Position numbers and translations under genes: made by a program. This document shows, piece by piece, positions 63,201 through 64,000 of a stretch of DNA of 64,000 nt. The notes under the pieces were generated by a model. It did no database searches and was not told the DNA's origin. It saw only the letters and a list, made by a program, of their open reading frames with translations. The DNA is taken from assembly GCA_036517335.1 (NCBI GenBank), contig DATDWX010000027.1, positions 24,192-88,191 of the forward strand, read 5' to 3'. How positions within the stretch are numbered: the stretch's first letter is position 1; every line of letters starts with the position of its first letter. This stretch comes from Minisyncoccota bacterium (GTDB lineage: Bacteria; Patescibacteriota; Minisyncoccia; Phycocordibacterales; UBA2100).

Positions 63201-64000
63201 CCTGCATTTCCCGTTTGGAAATATAAGGTGCCTTGTTCAGAGCCATCTACTACGTAACTTAGTTGTCCGTTGATGGACGCGGTATTTTTTATGGTGCCAG
63301 CACTATTTTGTGCCTGGAAAAGCATTTGAGCTCCGATACCATTCTCTGCTGTGCCAGTGGTACCGCGCGTGTACACGAGGCTTGGCAGAACGCCTGAAGT
63401 ATCAGCGCTATTGATGAAAACTTGGAAAAGAGAACTCGGTGCCGCCGTACCAATCCCCACATTCCCACTCCCCTGCTGCACCACGAACTGCGAGGAGCCG
63501 ATGGTGAATCCTTGGCCTGTGGCGATGGTGGAGGTGCCGGTGGTAGAAGTAGCAGTAAAGTAAGCGAATGTGGGTCCACTCGTTGCGGTGAGTGTGCTTG
63601 CACTTGCCCACGCGGTGAGCATGCCTGTGGTTCCTCCTGAAAGTGTGGCACTGCTTGAGAGACAAGTGCCCGAGATCGCAAAGCAGCCTGCCGCAAGATT
63701 GAAGCCGTTGGCAGCAGTTGATGTTGCTGCTGCTCCGGAGAGCGCGAGGTACGTCCCCGTCAATCCCCCCGTGAACGTCGTGGTGCCGGTTGCGCCGAAG
63801 GTGGCAGCGCCGGAGATGCCGTTGAAAGCGAGCGCCGCGGTGGTGGAGGTGGCGAGGGCAGAGCTGGTCGCGAGATAGAAGGTGGAGGAAGCGACGCGGA
63901 AGGTCCAAGCGTTGGTGCCGTTGGTGTCAACGAGGGCGAGCTGGGGGCCGGTGGTGGAAGCAGAGGCTCCCACGGTGAGCGCCCAGAAGGGTGTGGTGGT
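60164..64000 (-). CDS. Giant Ser/Thr/Gly-rich surface filament/adhesin (tail-fibre-like), 5' end outside window
   Basis: Frame stays open to the window edge. GNVGIGTT repeats, a glycine-rich domain, a DYAEMF...GRVPVKV...GPIAIGD chaperone-like module, an Ig-like (DUF5011-type) domain and an acidic tail. Confidence 0.82.
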   Translation of the reverse strand, partial: TTTPFWALTVGASASTTGPQLALVDTNGTNAWTFRVASSTFYLATSSALATSTTAALAFNGISGAATFGATGTTTFTGGLTGTYLALSGAAATSTAANGFNLAAGCFAISGTCLSSSATLSGGTTGMLTAWASASTLTATSGPTFAYFTATSTTGTSTIATGQGFTIGSSQFVVQQGSGNVGIGTAAPSSLFQVFINSADTSGVLPSLVYTRGTTGTAENGIGAQMLFQAQNSAGTIKNTASINGQLSYVVDGSEQGTLYFQTGNAGALSEAMRIDYLKRVGIGTTTPNRALVVSSATDVTAAQFVTNTTITNSTVRSQELYAKSTGANADGLTPLLRFYVSDPSVDGFGLGGIGFARNGGNTTGDFVVRTDSAGSDAEKFRITSGGNVGIGTTSPIATFAVQSAGVSYNSNAIHAVIASTDTNGPQLLFTGNTSYDGRDWSILSTGSGNTAIGAGKFAIADRTAGTNATRLVIDSSGNVGIGTTTPKWTLTIASSTGPQLALVDTTASSNAWTLRNIGNTLYVATSSYSATSTTAAIAIDPNGAITFGAAATTTFSGGINITKGCFAINNACIGYITKLSAIYATSTAGTTTVQFTGAGNSNPSFSAGTLTLQGNVAYYVVEGWGGGGGGGAQATNNGATGAASCYAQGTVACASALIKAGGGGGGTLGDGVGAGGAGGTASLGSVNLNGQAGETGGTPGVAVRGGGDSPRGGAGAGLPTVPGTAGVTGGSPGGGGSGPRAANGNSAGSGGGGAYSQNVASTSVLTASKLAVGAGGAGGAAGTLAGGAGAVGGIVITIYATSSPSAAGNDYAEMFPVSNPLMGAGDIVAVDRGIPVSMKLAIASDGAPLAGVISTLPGQVLGDQNATGERPIALSGRVPVKVNLENGPIAIGDRIAVSSVPGVGKKAGPFDDSVGIAIDNYAGSTDSTGSPQADGGTVMIFMNLQKGTDINAIAFVLLGPNAFVGLSGTSATSATSTNQAGPLDFVGGMMNAIASRLGSLADTLSYNATTTDATSTSATSTADLYAQGFIQSLFSRITEWLASAANGIEDLFAKNITAVNVSADTITAKKLCLDDVCVTKSQLQAMLSAASSSSADSASTTPTSVTSSASDSASSPPVLSVNGNNPATINVGDSYVDLGASVSDDIDQNLGIHASVDGGASITLDQITIDTSVAGTHTIEYSATDAAGNVGTTTRTVEVVDPNPAPAPDSTSLPQTDPTLDPTPTDTSTTTDSTSSTTPATSGSTEPETTTTPEDSTSTSTTADPLNDNAPLSTLEE

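Noticed and set aside
60164-64000. Prophage suggested by the tail-fibre-like gene
   Set aside because: No integrase, terminase, capsid or other phage genes in the window.

Overview
A 64 kb bacterial segment dominated by a large surface-glycan locus. It contains rfbB/rfbA, gmd, a complete split ADP-heptose pathway (gmhA, hldA, gmhB, hldC, hldD-like), a nonulosonic-acid pathway (PseB/LegB-like, NeuB, DegT, SpsF/PseF-like), many glycosyltransferases, three GT-C-like membrane proteins, GtrA and ABC flippases, an O-antigen-ligase/O-OTase-TPR protein and seven SAM methyltransferases. Also present are a 2929-aa SpvB/FG-GAP/RHS protein with inserted glycine-rich and LamG modules and degenerate orphan RHS copies, two type II TA pairs, secA, and a 5'-truncated giant filament/adhesin gene. 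Gene style (Thr/Ser-rich surface proteins, few SD sites, -10 boxes directly before ATG) suggests Patescibacteria/CPR; this is inference only. The most striking signal is a family of short elements bounded by CCCGTTAGAG...CTCTAACGGG inverted repeats and 5-6 bp direct repeats. One copy carries only a 94-aa GIY-YIG nuclease and three are non-autonomous derivatives. All four sit so that the host start codon, -10 box or reading frame is preserved. Other unexplained palindromic elements, a candidate sRNA and a 14-aa lysine-rich micro-ORF also occur. No CRISPR array, tRNA or rRNA was recognised. All calls are by eye, without database searches.
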